Counted from the stretch's first letter, positions 1 through 10,206 are shown. The stretch: 41,955 nt of DNA from Planctomycetota bacterium (GCA_036479435.1 JAZGFI010000084.1:1-41955); one strand, 5' to 3'. Notes: a model not told the origin generated them from the letters alone. Program-made: numbers and translations.

Positions 1-1011
1 TTGGGTATCCCAACGCTCCGTGACCGAGTCGTGCAGACAGCTGCCGTCTTGGTCTTAGAGCCGATCTTCGAGGCCGATTTCAAAGACACATCGTACGGAT
101 TCCGACCCGGGCGGAACGCCCACCAGGCTCTTCGAGCAGTGAAGGGCCACCTTCAGTCGGGAAAACGCGAGGTCTACGATGCGGACTTGAAAGGGTATTT
201 CGACACGATTCCCCACGACAAACTGATGAAGGTCTTGGAGATGCGGATCGTAGATCGCAGCGTCTTGAGCCTGATTCGGAGGTGGTTACGAACTGCGGTG
301 GAAGAGCCCGACGGGTCAGGAGGCAAGCGGTTACGCAAGCCGACGGCAGGCACGCCGCAAGGCGGCGTGGTTTCGCCGCTGCTGGCAAACGCCTACCTCT
401 ACTGGCTCGACAAGCTATTCATGGCAGCAAGTGGACCGGGGACGTGGGCTGGTGCGCGGATCGTGCGGTACGCCGATGACTTTCAGGTCTTCGCGCACCG
501 TGTGACACCGCAACTGAAAGCGTGGATTGCAGACCTCGTCGAAGGGCGAATGGGTCTGACGATCAACGCGGAGAAGACCAGTGTTCGCAGGGTTGAGCCA
601 GGTGGCGACACCTTGGACTTCCTTGGGTTCCGGATGCAGTGGGACAAAAGTCAATGGCCAGGTGGAAAACCGTGGCTGTCGACAAAGCCTTCACCGCATT
701 CGAGACAACGGTTTAGGGATCGAGTGCACGAACTGACGGGCCGAAACCGAGGTTCCGTCCCAATCGACCGCTTATGTGCCCAAGTCAACCGATACCTCAT
801 TGGTTGGATGCAGTACTTCGGCGAGTTCCATCGGGGCAAGACCATAGGCAAGGCCGATGGGTTCGTGTACGACCGCATGGTTCGTCATCTCAGGCGTCGT
901 TCGCAGCGTGGCGTCCGCCCGCAAAGCGAGAGTAGTTGGTATCGACTCATCTATGAGCACCTCGGTATCCATCGACTCTCAAAGCCGCGACCTTCGACAG
1001 CTCGCCGATGA
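1..1011 (+). CDS. ltrA: Group II intron reverse transcriptase/maturase, 5'-truncated by window edge, no endonuclease domain
   Basis: [52 protein letters not shown] and FLGF motifs, then X/thumb region ([11 protein letters not shown]); ORF ends after the X domain. Confidence 0.95.
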   Translation: MGIPTLRDRVVQTAAVLVLEPIFEADFKDTSYGFRPGRNAHQALRAVKGHLQSGKREVYDADLKGYFDTIPHDKLMKVLEMRIVDRSVLSLIRRWLRTAVEEPDGSGGKRLRKPTAGTPQGGVVSPLLANAYLYWLDKLFMAASGPGTWAGARIVRYADDFQVFAHRVTPQLKAWIADLVEGRMGLTINAEKTSVRRVEPGGDTLDFLGFRMQWDKSQWPGGKPWLSTKPSPHSRQRFRDRVHELTGRNRGSVPIDRLCAQVNRYLIGWMQYFGEFHRGKTIGKADGFVYDRMVRHLRRRSQRGVRPQSESSWYRLIYEHLGIHRLSKPRPSTARR

Positions 1012-1019
1012 AGATGGTC

Positions 1020-1094
1020 GGTAAGCCGGATGCGGGAAATCCGCAAGTCCGGTTTTAGGAGGGGGGCGGGCCATAAGGCCCGTCCCTACTCGCC
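1020..1094 (+). ncRNA. Group II intron domains V and VI (3' end of ribozyme)
   Basis: DV AAGCCGGATGCGGGAAATCCGCAAGTCCGGTTT with AGC triad; DVI GGGGGCGGGCC-ATAA-GGCCCGTCCCT-A-CTC with bulged A at 1088. Confidence 0.9.
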
Positions 1095-1147
1095 GTAAGC
1101 GTGCGTCACGGCAAGTTTTTTGAGACCAATTGATGCATGACAGGTAG

Positions 1148-1177
1148 CCCCCGTGCCGGCAAGAGCGGCACGGGGGT
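1148..1177. terminator. GC-rich hairpin downstream of tnpC
   Basis: CCCCCGTGCCG-GCAAGAG-CGGCACGGGGG inverted repeat just past the tnpC stop. Confidence 0.5.
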
Positions 1178-1199
1178 TCGCGATTGTGACGTCGGTGAA

Positions 1200-2894
1200 T
1201 TACTTTTTGTTGAGGGCCGTGGCTTTGTCGGCTTCGAGCGTGTCCAGAAAGTTCCAAGGCATCCAGTTTCCTGGAGCCGTTGCCACAGCTTCAGCGTTTC
1301 GTTGCAGCGCAACGAGGTACTCGAAGGTGTTAACGCGACCAAGCTCTGCGGTGTGAATGAGGCTCATGTAAAGGTCACCGATTCGCGCGCCTCGTCGGGT
1401 TCGGTAGAAATAGGCGTTTTTTCGGTGAAGGATCGACTTTTTGAGTATCCGCTCGCAGACGTTGTTGTCGAGCGGCGCTCCGGCAACTCGCAAAAAGACG
1501 GTGAGCTTTTCCCAGTGCTTTTGCATGTACTTGATTGCGTCTCCGAGGCTTGAGTTCGGTTCGACGACCTTGTTTTTAAACTGCTCGTCGAGCCACACGC
1601 GCAAGGCCGCCATTTTGGGACCGCTTTGTTGCTGATGGTTTTTGAGCCGCTCATCGGCCGACAGCTGGCTCTCGGCCGATTCCGCATCGACTTTGTAGAC
1701 CTCACGAAGGGTCTCGATGACGAAGCGACATGCTTTGGGAAAGTTCTCGGCCACTTCAACGAATTGCCGCCGGGAGTGGACGAGGCAGTGGCTTAAGATT
1801 GTGTCGAAGTCGCCGCAGAAGTTTTTCGAAAGAGCATCGCACATCTGGATGGGCGCGCTCAGATCTTCCGCGCGTTGAGCCAAAACCTCGGCAAGATTCT
1901 CGCTCGTGTGTTTTGTGCCGGTGAAAAAGAGTGCGATCTCGACGCCCTTATTTTTTGAGAGGATTCCCGAAGTGAAGATTCCAGCCCGTTGATCGGGGTC
2001 GATATCACCCGCGGCGATGGCCTTCTCCCTCCTTTTGCCGATGAGGTCAAGGATCTTCATCGTCGTGTCGTCGTTGTGAATGACCTCGCCTTGAGCCGCG
2101 TGCCGGGCCAGTTCTTGATAGGCGGGCAAAAGCTGCTCAGAAGCCTTCGCGACGAGTTCCCACTGGGTCGAAGCGGGAAGCGGAATCCCCAGATTCTTCT
2201 GCAGCTTCTCGATCCGATAAAAGGGCAGTCCTGCGCCATATTTGAGCAGCGCCACCATGCTCGCCGAACTCTCATCGTACTTTTTTGGTCCATACTCCGG
2301 CGGCCTTTTTGCGCTGAAGATGAAGTTGCAAAGATTGCAGCGCAAGCGCTCAAGCTCGACGACCTTCGCGCCAAGAGGCGCCATGCCCGTGACCCGCACC
2401 AAGACCGACGGTTTCTTCAGCCGATAGACCTTGCCGGTGGGGCACTTTGGGCAAGGATCGCCGGGCCTAAGCGTTTCATGCTTCACCGAAACCTTCGTCG
2501 CCGCTTTGTAGGAAGCTGCGGCATTTCGGCCGTGTCCTTTTCGTTTTGCTTTCTCAGTGCCTTCCTCAGCAGACGCCGATGACGCCACTCCGGTTTCCAG
2601 TGGGGGCGATTCGCCCTGGCTTGGAGGGCCGAGGACTGCGCTCGATTTTTCGGAGGAAGGACCGAAAATCAATTGGCGCAACCTTTGTACGGAAACGTCC
2701 TTGGCTTCGAGTTCGAGCGTTAAGACACCAAGGGTGTCGACGGCAGCTTTGAGTTTTCCGTGCTGCTCATCCGACAGGACCGACTTTGCTTGCTCCACGA
2801 TCGAAAGGAGCTCTTGAAGATCCACGTCTTTTACTTGAGAAGGCTTTCGAAAAGCGCGACGGCCCTTAGAAGTTTTTCGCGACGACGCCATCAA
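1200..2894 (-). CDS. tnpC: IS66 transposase TnpC
   Basis: Coiled N-terminus with LRQLIFGPSSEK, zinc ribbon CPKC...CNLC, HNDDT, CLVHSRRQF, PLDNNVCERILK. Confidence 0.93.
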   Translation of the reverse strand: MMASSRKTSKGRRAFRKPSQVKDVDLQELLSIVEQAKSVLSDEQHGKLKAAVDTLGVLTLELEAKDVSVQRLRQLIFGPSSEKSSAVLGPPSQGESPPLETGVASSASAEEGTEKAKRKGHGRNAAASYKAATKVSVKHETLRPGDPCPKCPTGKVYRLKKPSVLVRVTGMAPLGAKVVELERLRCNLCNFIFSAKRPPEYGPKKYDESSASMVALLKYGAGLPFYRIEKLQKNLGIPLPASTQWELVAKASEQLLPAYQELARHAAQGEVIHNDDTTMKILDLIGKRREKAIAAGDIDPDQRAGIFTSGILSKNKGVEIALFFTGTKHTSENLAEVLAQRAEDLSAPIQMCDALSKNFCGDFDTILSHCLVHSRRQFVEVAENFPKACRFVIETLREVYKVDAESAESQLSADERLKNHQQQSGPKMAALRVWLDEQFKNKVVEPNSSLGDAIKYMQKHWEKLTVFLRVAGAPLDNNVCERILKKSILHRKNAYFYRTRRGARIGDLYMSLIHTAELGRVNTFEYLVALQRNAEAVATAPGNWMPWNFLDTLEADKATALNKK

Positions 2895-3051
2895 AAAGCC
2901 TCGATGCGGATCGAGAAGAGGCGGCTCACAGAGTTCGCGTGCAGCGACCGCTTAAGTAAGGTGGCTGCTTGGTGATGCACAATATTCGTCATGGAGATTT
3001 CTATCGCAATGACGGTGCAAAATCTAGCCCCAAAAAAAGAAAATTGTCAGC

Positions 3052-3405
3052 TCACTGCAGCGCGCGCCAAGGTGGCGACCCCTTCGCCACGTTCGGATCA
3101 CCCCCTCGTAGCAAGACGCTTAGTTCGTGTCCTTCGAGAGTTCCGTGCGATGTCGTTTCGCCGTTAATCCAATGTCGAAAACGCCCCGACGAAAGACGTT
3201 TTTGGCACAGCCAAAATCCCTGGCCGTCGTAGGCCAAAATCTTCACGGCCGTTCGCCGGCGGTTGCGAAAAACGAAGAGGGCTCCGCAAAAAGGGTCACA
3301 GTCGAGTTCCTCACGAGCAAGCTTTGCCAAGCCGTCGATGCCCCGGCGGAAATCGGCTGGTGCTACCGCGACGAAGATGCGGGTTTGCGCGGTAAGCTGG
3401 ATCAT
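3052..3405 (-). CDS. tnpB: IS66 accessory protein TnpB (Orf2)
   Basis: MIQLTAQTRIFVA..DFRRGIDGL..LFVFRNRRR..KILAYDGQGFWLCQKRL; ATG at 3405 overlaps the tnpA stop (ATGA). Confidence 0.92.
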   Translation of the reverse strand: MIQLTAQTRIFVAVAPADFRRGIDGLAKLAREELDCDPFCGALFVFRNRRRTAVKILAYDGQGFWLCQKRLSSGRFRHWINGETTSHGTLEGHELSVLLRGGDPNVAKGSPPWRALQ

Positions 3406-3833
3406 CGAGACGAGGCCCAGATATGTTGGACCAAAGCCGCGAGGTCGGCGAGCGGCGTATTCCCGATCTCCAACTTCATCCTCACGTGACTCGTGGATCC
3501 GATCCCGCTCTCCATTTCGATGGAGCAGGTGGCCAGCGAAGAAAGCGACGAGCCTGAAATTTCCACGAATCGAGGGCGTTTGCCGCCATCTGAATCCGTC
3601 CGCTTCGATGAGGACCGACGAAGGTCGCGCCGCTTTTTGAGCGCGTAGTAATCCAGACGAAGCGCTTGCGACGTCTTGCTGACCCCGTGAGCCTCCGCCA
3701 ATGAGACGGCCACCCTCCAAAGAGTCTCGGGGATCCTGGCGCCTCGACGTCGACTTCCTCGCCATTCCCTAAACGCAATCGCGCCCGAAAGAAGTCCGGC
3801 GGTACCCACCTTGCTCGTCTTGCTTGACATCAT
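3402..3833 (-). CDS. tnpA: IS66 accessory protein TnpA (HTH)
   Basis: First ORF inside the IS, RIPETLWRVAVSLA..HGVSKTSQALRLDY HTH-like segment and FVEI motif; coupled to tnpB. Confidence 0.8.
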   Translation of the reverse strand: MMSSKTSKVGTAGLLSGAIAFREWRGSRRRGARIPETLWRVAVSLAEAHGVSKTSQALRLDYYALKKRRDLRRSSSKRTDSDGGKRPRFVEISGSSLSSLATCSIEMESGIGSTSHVRMKLEIGNTPLADLAALVQHIWASSR

Positions 3834-3903
3834 CGATCCTCCGCTACGAAAAATGAGCGGTGGACTTTACGAGGGCGATAACCACTAATTCAGGCACGCT
3901 TGC

Positions 3904-4098
3904 CGAAAGGGCACTGAAATCGAGGGTCTTTTGTCGTTGCGGCGCTTCATGGATGGCACTAAGCAGGACTTGGCTATTCGCTTGTCTTCATCGAGGCAGA
4001 TCCTCGAAGAGCTAACGACCGTTGAAGGGAAGACCTACCGCCTCCTCACTCTTCCGTACTACCTTGTTGGACAAGTTGAGGCTTATGTCAGGGTATAA
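3904..4098 (+). pseudogene. C-terminal remnant of an AAA+ ATPase (COG1373/DUF4143 type), cut by IS66
   Basis: Open frame without a start: ...LLSLRRFMDGTKQDLAIRLS...TVEGKTYRLLTLPYYLVGQVEAYVRV*, resembling the DUF4143 C-terminus. Confidence 0.55.
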
Positions 4099-4171
4099 GG
4101 CCTGAAGAGGCGGCCGATCTCTGAGTCCCGCAAACTAAGTGGTCTCGCAGTTTCGGCTCGCGGCTAGGCGG

Positions 4172-5836
4172 TTAAGCGGAGGGGTTGGCGTGCTGGTCTT
4201 GCTCTGGGGCGCTGGGAGTCTCGATTGCCTTCAGGACAGAGGTGGCCAGTTGGATGCCGACGTGGGTTTCTTCGTCGTGAACAACGTGTGCCCCCGCGTC
4301 GCTGAGTTCACCGCAGTAGCGATTGTAGCGCGAGCGTGCCACGATGAACGACTCTGGAGCGATGATCCTCACCAGCCGAACAATGTCGATCGCTGCCGCG
4401 GAAACGGGGACGGTGACCACGACGGCGCAGGCATCGCGCACGCCGGCGTGCAGCAGAATGTCCTCGTGTTGAGCATCGCCTAGGAAGGCTGTGAATCCCA
4501 CTTGGCGCGCGCTCTCGACACCTTTTGGATTGAGGTCGAGGATGGTGACTTGGCCTCCGCCTTCGCGTACTTGTTCGGCGACTTCGCGGCCCGCCGGGCC
4601 AAAGCCAATCACCAGCACATGGTCTGACGTGCAAGCGGATTTTGTTCGGCTAGCGGCCACGGAGCCACTTGATGGCGACAGCTTGCCGGCCACTTTGGGG
4701 GCAAGGGCCACAAGGTAGGGCGTCAAGAGCATGGTGATGACGGTGGACGACATCAATAGGAGGAACACTTCGTCCGAGAGCAGGGTTCCGCGCGCGATTT
4801 CGGCCATGATGAAGGAGAACTCGCCGATCTGGGCGATGCTGATTCCCGCCGCCAGAGCACTCACGCTTCCTGCGCCAAATAGACGAAGAGCGCCCCATGC
4901 AATGCCGCTCTTACAAACCACAATCGCAACGACCAATGGGAGCAATACCTGCCAATGCGCCAGCATCCACCCCGGGTCACCGAGCGCACCTATTGAGCTG
5001 AAGAATACCGTTACAAACAGAATTCGTAGAGCCGACATGTCGGCGCGGACCTGGGCCGCAAAGGGAGAGCCGCCGAGCAGAATTCCCGCAATGAAAGCAC
5101 CCAGCCCGGGCGACAGCCCCGCTTGGTGAGCCAGGAGTACGGCGCCGAGAGCCGACACGATCGCGGTTAGAACCGACAATTCGCGGCTAGCACTCACAGA
5201 TCCGATGCGCAGGATTTTGGGGACAACGTAGGTGAAGAGGATGTACAAAACGATGGCCGCGAGCCCGCCAAGTAGAAGGGTCTTGCCTAGGTTCAGCGCA
5301 ATCGAATCAGCAGAGCCACCCTGGGCGAAAACCGTTACCAGCAAGACGAAGGGAATGACGGCGAGGTCTTGCACCAGCAGAACGCCGAGCGCGTGACTGC
5401 CGCGGACGCTCTCGAGCTCTCCTCTTGATTGAAGAGTTCTCAGCACGCAGGCAGTGCTGCTCAGAGCTAGGATCATCCCAATGACCAGAGCCTCTTTGCC
5501 AGAGAGCCCCAAGGCCGCCGCGCAACCCGCGCCGATGGCGGCGGTCCCGAAAACCTGAGCCATGCCCCCGCCTAAAGAAACGCGGCCCAAAGCGCGCAAG
5601 CGCCGCCAAGAAAACTCGAGGCCGATCGCAAAAAGAAGCAGTGCTACACCGAGTTCCGCGAGGAGCTCGACTTCTTCACCGCTGCTGACGACCTGGAATG
5701 CGTTGGGACCTAAGAGCATCCCCGCAATGAGGTAGCCCACGATAGCGCTTTGCCGAAAGCGCTCGCACAGTGCGCCCAACAACAGAGCCGCGCCCAAAAG
5801 CAGGCTAAGATCGATAATGATGTTCCAGGATTCCAT
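4172..5836 (-). CDS. CPA2 cation:proton antiporter (Kef-type) with C-terminal TrkA-N domain
   Basis: Many TM helices, ELGVALLLFAIGLEFS, ALSST, VLLVQDLA, AQIGEFSFI; C-terminal VIGFGPAG and GDAQ. Confidence 0.92.
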   Translation of the reverse strand: MESWNIIIDLSLLLGAALLLGALCERFRQSAIVGYLIAGMLLGPNAFQVVSSGEEVELLAELGVALLLFAIGLEFSWRRLRALGRVSLGGGMAQVFGTAAIGAGCAAALGLSGKEALVIGMILALSSTACVLRTLQSRGELESVRGSHALGVLLVQDLAVIPFVLLVTVFAQGGSADSIALNLGKTLLLGGLAAIVLYILFTYVVPKILRIGSVSASRELSVLTAIVSALGAVLLAHQAGLSPGLGAFIAGILLGGSPFAAQVRADMSALRILFVTVFFSSIGALGDPGWMLAHWQVLLPLVVAIVVCKSGIAWGALRLFGAGSVSALAAGISIAQIGEFSFIMAEIARGTLLSDEVFLLLMSSTVITMLLTPYLVALAPKVAGKLSPSSGSVAASRTKSACTSDHVLVIGFGPAGREVAEQVREGGGQVTILDLNPKGVESARQVGFTAFLGDAQHEDILLHAGVRDACAVVVTVPVSAAAIDIVRLVRIIAPESFIVARSRYNRYCGELSDAGAHVVHDEETHVGIQLATSVLKAIETPSAPEQDQHANPSA

Positions 5837-5963
5837 CGGTTTACCGGTCGTGACTCTTTTGGTGTCGAGGATTGTCCGTGGTCAAGGTACGAATGACGGT
5901 CTAACCGTTTCGCGGTCGAAGATCCCGGCCCTTCTTGAGGGCGTTGAGGATCTCAGGGCCATC

Positions 5964-7694
5964 TTAGCGCGGTGGCGACAGTGATTGAGGAGCCAACCCG
6001 GCAAGGCTGGCGGCGAGGATGCGCCACCCTGCCTTTGACCTTGGTTGGCGCGTCGACGTTGGTTCGCCAATGAGCTTGCGTAGGGCGGCGAGGGCTCCGG
6101 GGGCGAGGCTGCGGTTGCCGGAGGCGATGATCTCTAAGAGCGGTTTGATGGCGTTGCGATTCTTCATGGTGGCGAGGGCGGCGGCGGCACCAAAGGCGGC
6201 GTATTCGCAGTCGGTTTGTGCGATCGCCAAGAGACGATCTGTGAGCGAAGTTAGCTTGGCATCGCTGGCGGCGCGGGCGGCGAGCATGCGGACGGCCTCA
6301 CTGCTGTGCTTGAGCATGCGCCCGACGAGGGCTGCAAGCTGGTCATCGGGGAACAAGGGCAAGACCAAAAGGCCGGCGCGTTGGGCGTAGAAATCGGCGT
6401 CGTCTTGTTGACCCTGAACTTTGCGAACCGATTCGCGAACGTCCTCTTTGAGTTTTTTCAGGTCGATGCTTGGAGGCAGTTCACCCTTGTCGCGACGCCA
6501 ATACCAGGCCGTAGCCAAGCGAGTCTGGGGAGACCGATCTTCTTTCAGGCCCCACTCATAGAGTTTTTCTCTCAACTTGCCGCGTTCGCCCTCGGGCAGT
6601 TCGCCGAGGTTGTCGACGGCGGCGCAAAAGTAAAAGTAGCGCGCAAAACTCAGATCGTGCTCGGCGAGCTGAGCGGCGGCTTCGCGGATGAGTTTTTTGG
6701 AGGGGAGTCGTCGCAGTAAGTGAGCGGCGTTGTAAAGCTCGCGGTCGGTGTAGCCGTAGCCCAAAAACTCTCGGGCACAGGATCGAAGCGGCTCTTCAGC
6801 TCCTTTTTCGGCGCCGCCGGGAAGGGTGTAGAGGTAGTAGAGTCCGGCTTCGATAAGGTGACCGCTGAAGGCGTCTTCTCGGACAAAGCGCGCCACGCGG
6901 CGAATGAGCTCCGGGCTGTCGGGGCCCTGCAAGGCCGCGGCGTAGAGTAAAGCCATCTTGAAATCCGAGGGATGCTCGTTGTCATCGCCGTCGAGGATGC
7001 GCCAGGCCGGCGCCTTGGCAATCTTTTGGCCGCCGCCGACTCCCCAAAAAGCAGGCGCGTCGAGCCGGCCAAATACCATCGCGGCGAGGCAGCGAGCTGG
7101 GGTCGAGGACTTCGCCCCTTCAGCGGTCAAGATCGGGATGAGGGCCGGTGCGGCGTAGGGGCCAAGGGACGCAAAACGACCTAACTTGCGATGATTGGTC
7201 CAGCGGACACCGCCCAAAGAGAGATCTTGAATTTTGGCGCGGACAAAGCTGCAAGCTGCGGGAGTAAGGGCTTTACGAAATTGAGACCTTAGGATGGCCT
7301 CGGATTCCAGGCCGCTGCGAAAAGCACAGCTCATGATCGCGGTCGCGAGACTTGAGCGGACGAAAGCATCCGTTTCTTGGTCCCAGGCCCTGAGGAGGGC
7401 AGAGACTACGGCTTTGCCTTGGAAGTGCTGGCCGAGGGTTCGCGCGGCACCCGTCCTAAGATCGGCGGACTTGGATGGGAGCCTTTGGAGGAGGGGATGG
7501 GGCGTCTTAAGTAGGCGACCGAGCTCATTGACAGCCGCGTCGCGTTCGCCGGCGTAGGGACTCGACAGATTTGCGAAGGCTCGGTCGATGGAGCCCGGAC
7601 TTTGAGCCATCGTCGTGGCGCTCGCTAGCCCTAGGGCGACCGTGATCAAGATCATGATCGTGACCGCGAACTTAACTTTCCAGATCGTGCGCAT
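5964..7694 (-). CDS. Exported HEAT-repeat protein
   Basis: Probable ATG at 7694 after GGAAGG; hydrophobic N-terminal signal; alpha-helical HEAT-like units (ERDAAVNELG, LRTGAARTLG, VRMLAARAA, AAAALATM). Confidence 0.65.
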   Translation of the reverse strand: MRTIWKVKFAVTIMILITVALGLASATTMAQSPGSIDRAFANLSSPYAGERDAAVNELGRLLKTPHPLLQRLPSKSADLRTGAARTLGQHFQGKAVVSALLRAWDQETDAFVRSSLATAIMSCAFRSGLESEAILRSQFRKALTPAACSFVRAKIQDLSLGGVRWTNHRKLGRFASLGPYAAPALIPILTAEGAKSSTPARCLAAMVFGRLDAPAFWGVGGGQKIAKAPAWRILDGDDNEHPSDFKMALLYAAALQGPDSPELIRRVARFVREDAFSGHLIEAGLYYLYTLPGGAEKGAEEPLRSCAREFLGYGYTDRELYNAAHLLRRLPSKKLIREAAAQLAEHDLSFARYFYFCAAVDNLGELPEGERGKLREKLYEWGLKEDRSPQTRLATAWYWRRDKGELPPSIDLKKLKEDVRESVRKVQGQQDDADFYAQRAGLLVLPLFPDDQLAALVGRMLKHSSEAVRMLAARAASDAKLTSLTDRLLAIAQTDCEYAAFGAAAALATMKNRNAIKPLLEIIASGNRSLAPGALAALRKLIGEPTSTRQPRSKAGWRILAASLAGLAPQSLSPPR

Positions 7695-7837
7695 GGATCG
7701 AACATCCTTCCCGGCAGGGAAAAGACCTTGCTCGAAGATCATAGCAGACAGCGCCGCCGGGAATAGCAAGAGCGGCAAACTCAATCGCTAGGGATTGAGT
7801 TTGCCGCTCCGGGCAGTGTGCTTAGAGGGCTATAGCG

Positions 7838-10093
7838 TTAGCCGGCTGACTCTGAGATCGAAAGCGAAGGAGAGACCTTAATCGAGACGATCTTGTAGGT
7901 CGAGACTCCGCCCGGCAAGGTGACTTCTGCCGTATCGCCCACCGCTTTGCCCAGCAAGGAACGTCCCAGCGGAGCCATGTAGGAGATGATTCCCTTTTCC
8001 AGGTCGGCATCCCAGGGGCCGAGCAAGGTATAGGTCTCTTTGGCGTTCGTGGCGGCGTTCAGCAAGAGCACTTCACATCCGATTTGAGCCGACTCGGAGC
8101 GAATGCTCTCTTCGTCGATGACGCGTGCCTTTTCGAGGGCCTCGCGCATTTCATCGGCCTTTTGCGTGAGCGCCGATTGCTTCTCGATCGCCGCGGTCCA
8201 TTCTGCGTTCTCGGAAAGGTCGCCAAAGGAAGCCGCGATGCCGATTTCTTTGGCATTGAGCGGGATGTCGTCGTTGACGAGGCGGTTGAAGTCGGCTTCG
8301 AAGCGCTCGTAGCCAGCAGCGGTCACGTAGATGATGCGCTCGTCCACGATGGGGGCATCGTCTTCGGCGGCGCGCGCTCGGGCCTTCGCGATGTCGGGGC
8401 TTTTCCGCAACAAAGCCGCGACGATGGTGTCTTTGACGTCATCGGGAATGCTGCGGCTGCCGCGGACAATGTTGTAGAAGTCGACGGCTTCTTCGAGGCT
8501 CGAATCTTCCACCGTGCGTTTCACGAAATCGCAGCTCTTAGCCGTCAGCAGCTTCTCGATGTTGCGCGTTTCTTTACGCAACTCGGGATCGGCGGACTGG
8601 ATGAAGCGGTTTGTAACGTGCGAGTGCAAAAGCAGCGTGCGTTCGAGCAAGGTCGCAAGACGCGGGCTGGGCAGAGCCTTGTGCTGTTTTTTCTTCAGGC
8701 AGAGTTTGACGAGCCACATGAAGGAACCGCGGTGATCGCGGAATCTTTTGAGCAAGTCGTAAATGACATGCGTTAGGCGGTCATAGGCACCCACGGCGGA
8801 AAGCTCTTTGAGGCAAAAGTCGTTGATGTCGCTTTCGCCGACGTACATCAGCTTCTCGAACAAGGCCGGCCAGTCTTCTTCAAAGTTCTTTTGCACCCGC
8901 GTGAGGATTTCCTTGCGGTCGGCGGCAATCGGGACGGTGTCGATCACGTCGACGAGGTTCCAGGGGTCGAGAAGGACGTCCTCGAGTTTGAGTTCCGGGG
9001 GAATCTCGTAGTCGTCCTCAATCGAGGCGACTTTTTCGAGCATGAGCGACACGCTCAAGAGCGCACCCGGGTACTTTTCTTTTTCAGTGTCGGCCGTCTT
9101 CGCAAGCACACCAGCCGCAACCAACAGCGCGGGGCGTGTTTCCGGATGGGCGTCGAGCTCAAGGAAGAGCTCGCGGACGTATTTGATCTTGCGGGGCAAG
9201 TCCTTGAGCGATGCCATGTTGCTCAGGGTGTTGTCAGCAAAGTCCTGTTCGGCGGCCGTGACCTGGATGGTCGGGTTGTTTCCGGTCGACAACTTGACGT
9301 TGGGGTCGCGCTTCACTTTGGTGCGCGCCTTAGTCCACCACTTGCTCCAATCCTTCATGGGGATGACGCCCTCGGTGAGGGTCTGTCGCATGTCGCGAAC
9401 GGTCGTGGCTCGGGTGCGGCTGCGCACCACGCACTTCACCAATTCGACGGGATTGTTCGCGGCCATGTCTAAGAGCTGGTCGAGGCGGTCGTACTTCATC
9501 GCTTTGAAGTCGTCAGTCTCAAGGTGTCGCGTGATGTTGCTCGCGACATCCATTTCGAGCTCGTGACCCTTTAGGTCTGCGAAGTCAATCGTGACGGTAG
9601 CGTCTTCGGCGTTGAGTTTGACCACGGTGCCCACGCCCCAACCCGCAGGGTGGTCGACGTAGGCGCCCGGACGGTAGGCGAGGTAGCTCTCGAGTTTCGA
9701 CGCGGCGGCACCGATGTCGGTCGCCGTTTCGAATTGAGCCTTGGCGATGAGCGCTTCCAGGCCGTCGTGATCAGCTTCCTTGCGGCGGTAAACCGTGAGG
9801 TACTGATCGCGGACCTTGCGGTCGCGCGGGGTGAGGGCGGCCATCCGACGCAGCGCTTTTAGGGCGTGGTCGTCGTCGGCGGACTCGACGTAGCCGTTCA
9901 CTAAAAGCTGGAGGAACTGGCTCGCTTTTTGGGAGTGTCCCTGCGACTCCACGGCGGTGATGGCTTCGAGCAACCCGTCGACGTCGGAGGTGTCTCCGCT
10001 GAGCGCCTCGACCCAAGCATCCTCGAAGGCCTTTAGTTCGTGTTTAGAAGCGAGAGTTTGGAGGCGTTTAAGGGTGGCAGAACTCAAGGCCAT
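7838..10093 (-). CDS. greA: Transcription elongation factor GreA with about 590-aa N-terminal extension
   Basis: C-terminal Gre domain (AASFGDLSENAEW, YTLLGPWDAD, ISYMAPLGRSLLGK); ATG at 10093 preceded by GGAGAG. Confidence 0.88.
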   Translation of the reverse strand: MALSSATLKRLQTLASKHELKAFEDAWVEALSGDTSDVDGLLEAITAVESQGHSQKASQFLQLLVNGYVESADDDHALKALRRMAALTPRDRKVRDQYLTVYRRKEADHDGLEALIAKAQFETATDIGAAASKLESYLAYRPGAYVDHPAGWGVGTVVKLNAEDATVTIDFADLKGHELEMDVASNITRHLETDDFKAMKYDRLDQLLDMAANNPVELVKCVVRSRTRATTVRDMRQTLTEGVIPMKDWSKWWTKARTKVKRDPNVKLSTGNNPTIQVTAAEQDFADNTLSNMASLKDLPRKIKYVRELFLELDAHPETRPALLVAAGVLAKTADTEKEKYPGALLSVSLMLEKVASIEDDYEIPPELKLEDVLLDPWNLVDVIDTVPIAADRKEILTRVQKNFEEDWPALFEKLMYVGESDINDFCLKELSAVGAYDRLTHVIYDLLKRFRDHRGSFMWLVKLCLKKKQHKALPSPRLATLLERTLLLHSHVTNRFIQSADPELRKETRNIEKLLTAKSCDFVKRTVEDSSLEEAVDFYNIVRGSRSIPDDVKDTIVAALLRKSPDIAKARARAAEDDAPIVDERIIYVTAAGYERFEADFNRLVNDDIPLNAKEIGIAASFGDLSENAEWTAAIEKQSALTQKADEMREALEKARVIDEESIRSESAQIGCEVLLLNAATNAKETYTLLGPWDADLEKGIISYMAPLGRSLLGKAVGDTAEVTLPGGVSTYKIVSIKVSPSLSISESAG

Positions 10094-10206
10094 GGGGCTT
10101 GTTCTCTCCGAAAAGCGATGTCTGGTGAGGGAGATTCTAAGAAAGCGAAGACGTTTTTCCATGGGGCGCGAAGCAATCCGCTTCGCGGCCGATCTGACGG
10201 CGCAAC

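Larger units (their letters stand above)
1095..3903 (-). mobile_element. IS66 family insertion sequence (tnpA-tnpB-tnpC)
   Basis: End GTAAGCGTGC at 1095 and reverse complement GCAAGCGTGC ending at 3903 match the IS66 GTAAGCG terminus; three IS66 ORFs between; no 8-bp target duplication visible. Confidence 0.9.

Noticed and set aside
1..1011. RT as a retron, DGR or CRISPR-associated RT
   Set aside because: It has YADD plus an X domain and is followed directly by intron DV/DVI; no template/variable repeat pair, msr-msd or cas genes seen.
1..1094. Group IIC-attC intron linked to the cassette array
   Set aside because: DV has an AGC triad rather than the CGC of class C, and the 3' flank is an IS66 end about 25 kb from the nearest attC.
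3052..3405. RNA-guided TnpB nuclease
   Set aside because: This is the small IS66 accessory TnpB, with no RuvC or zinc finger.
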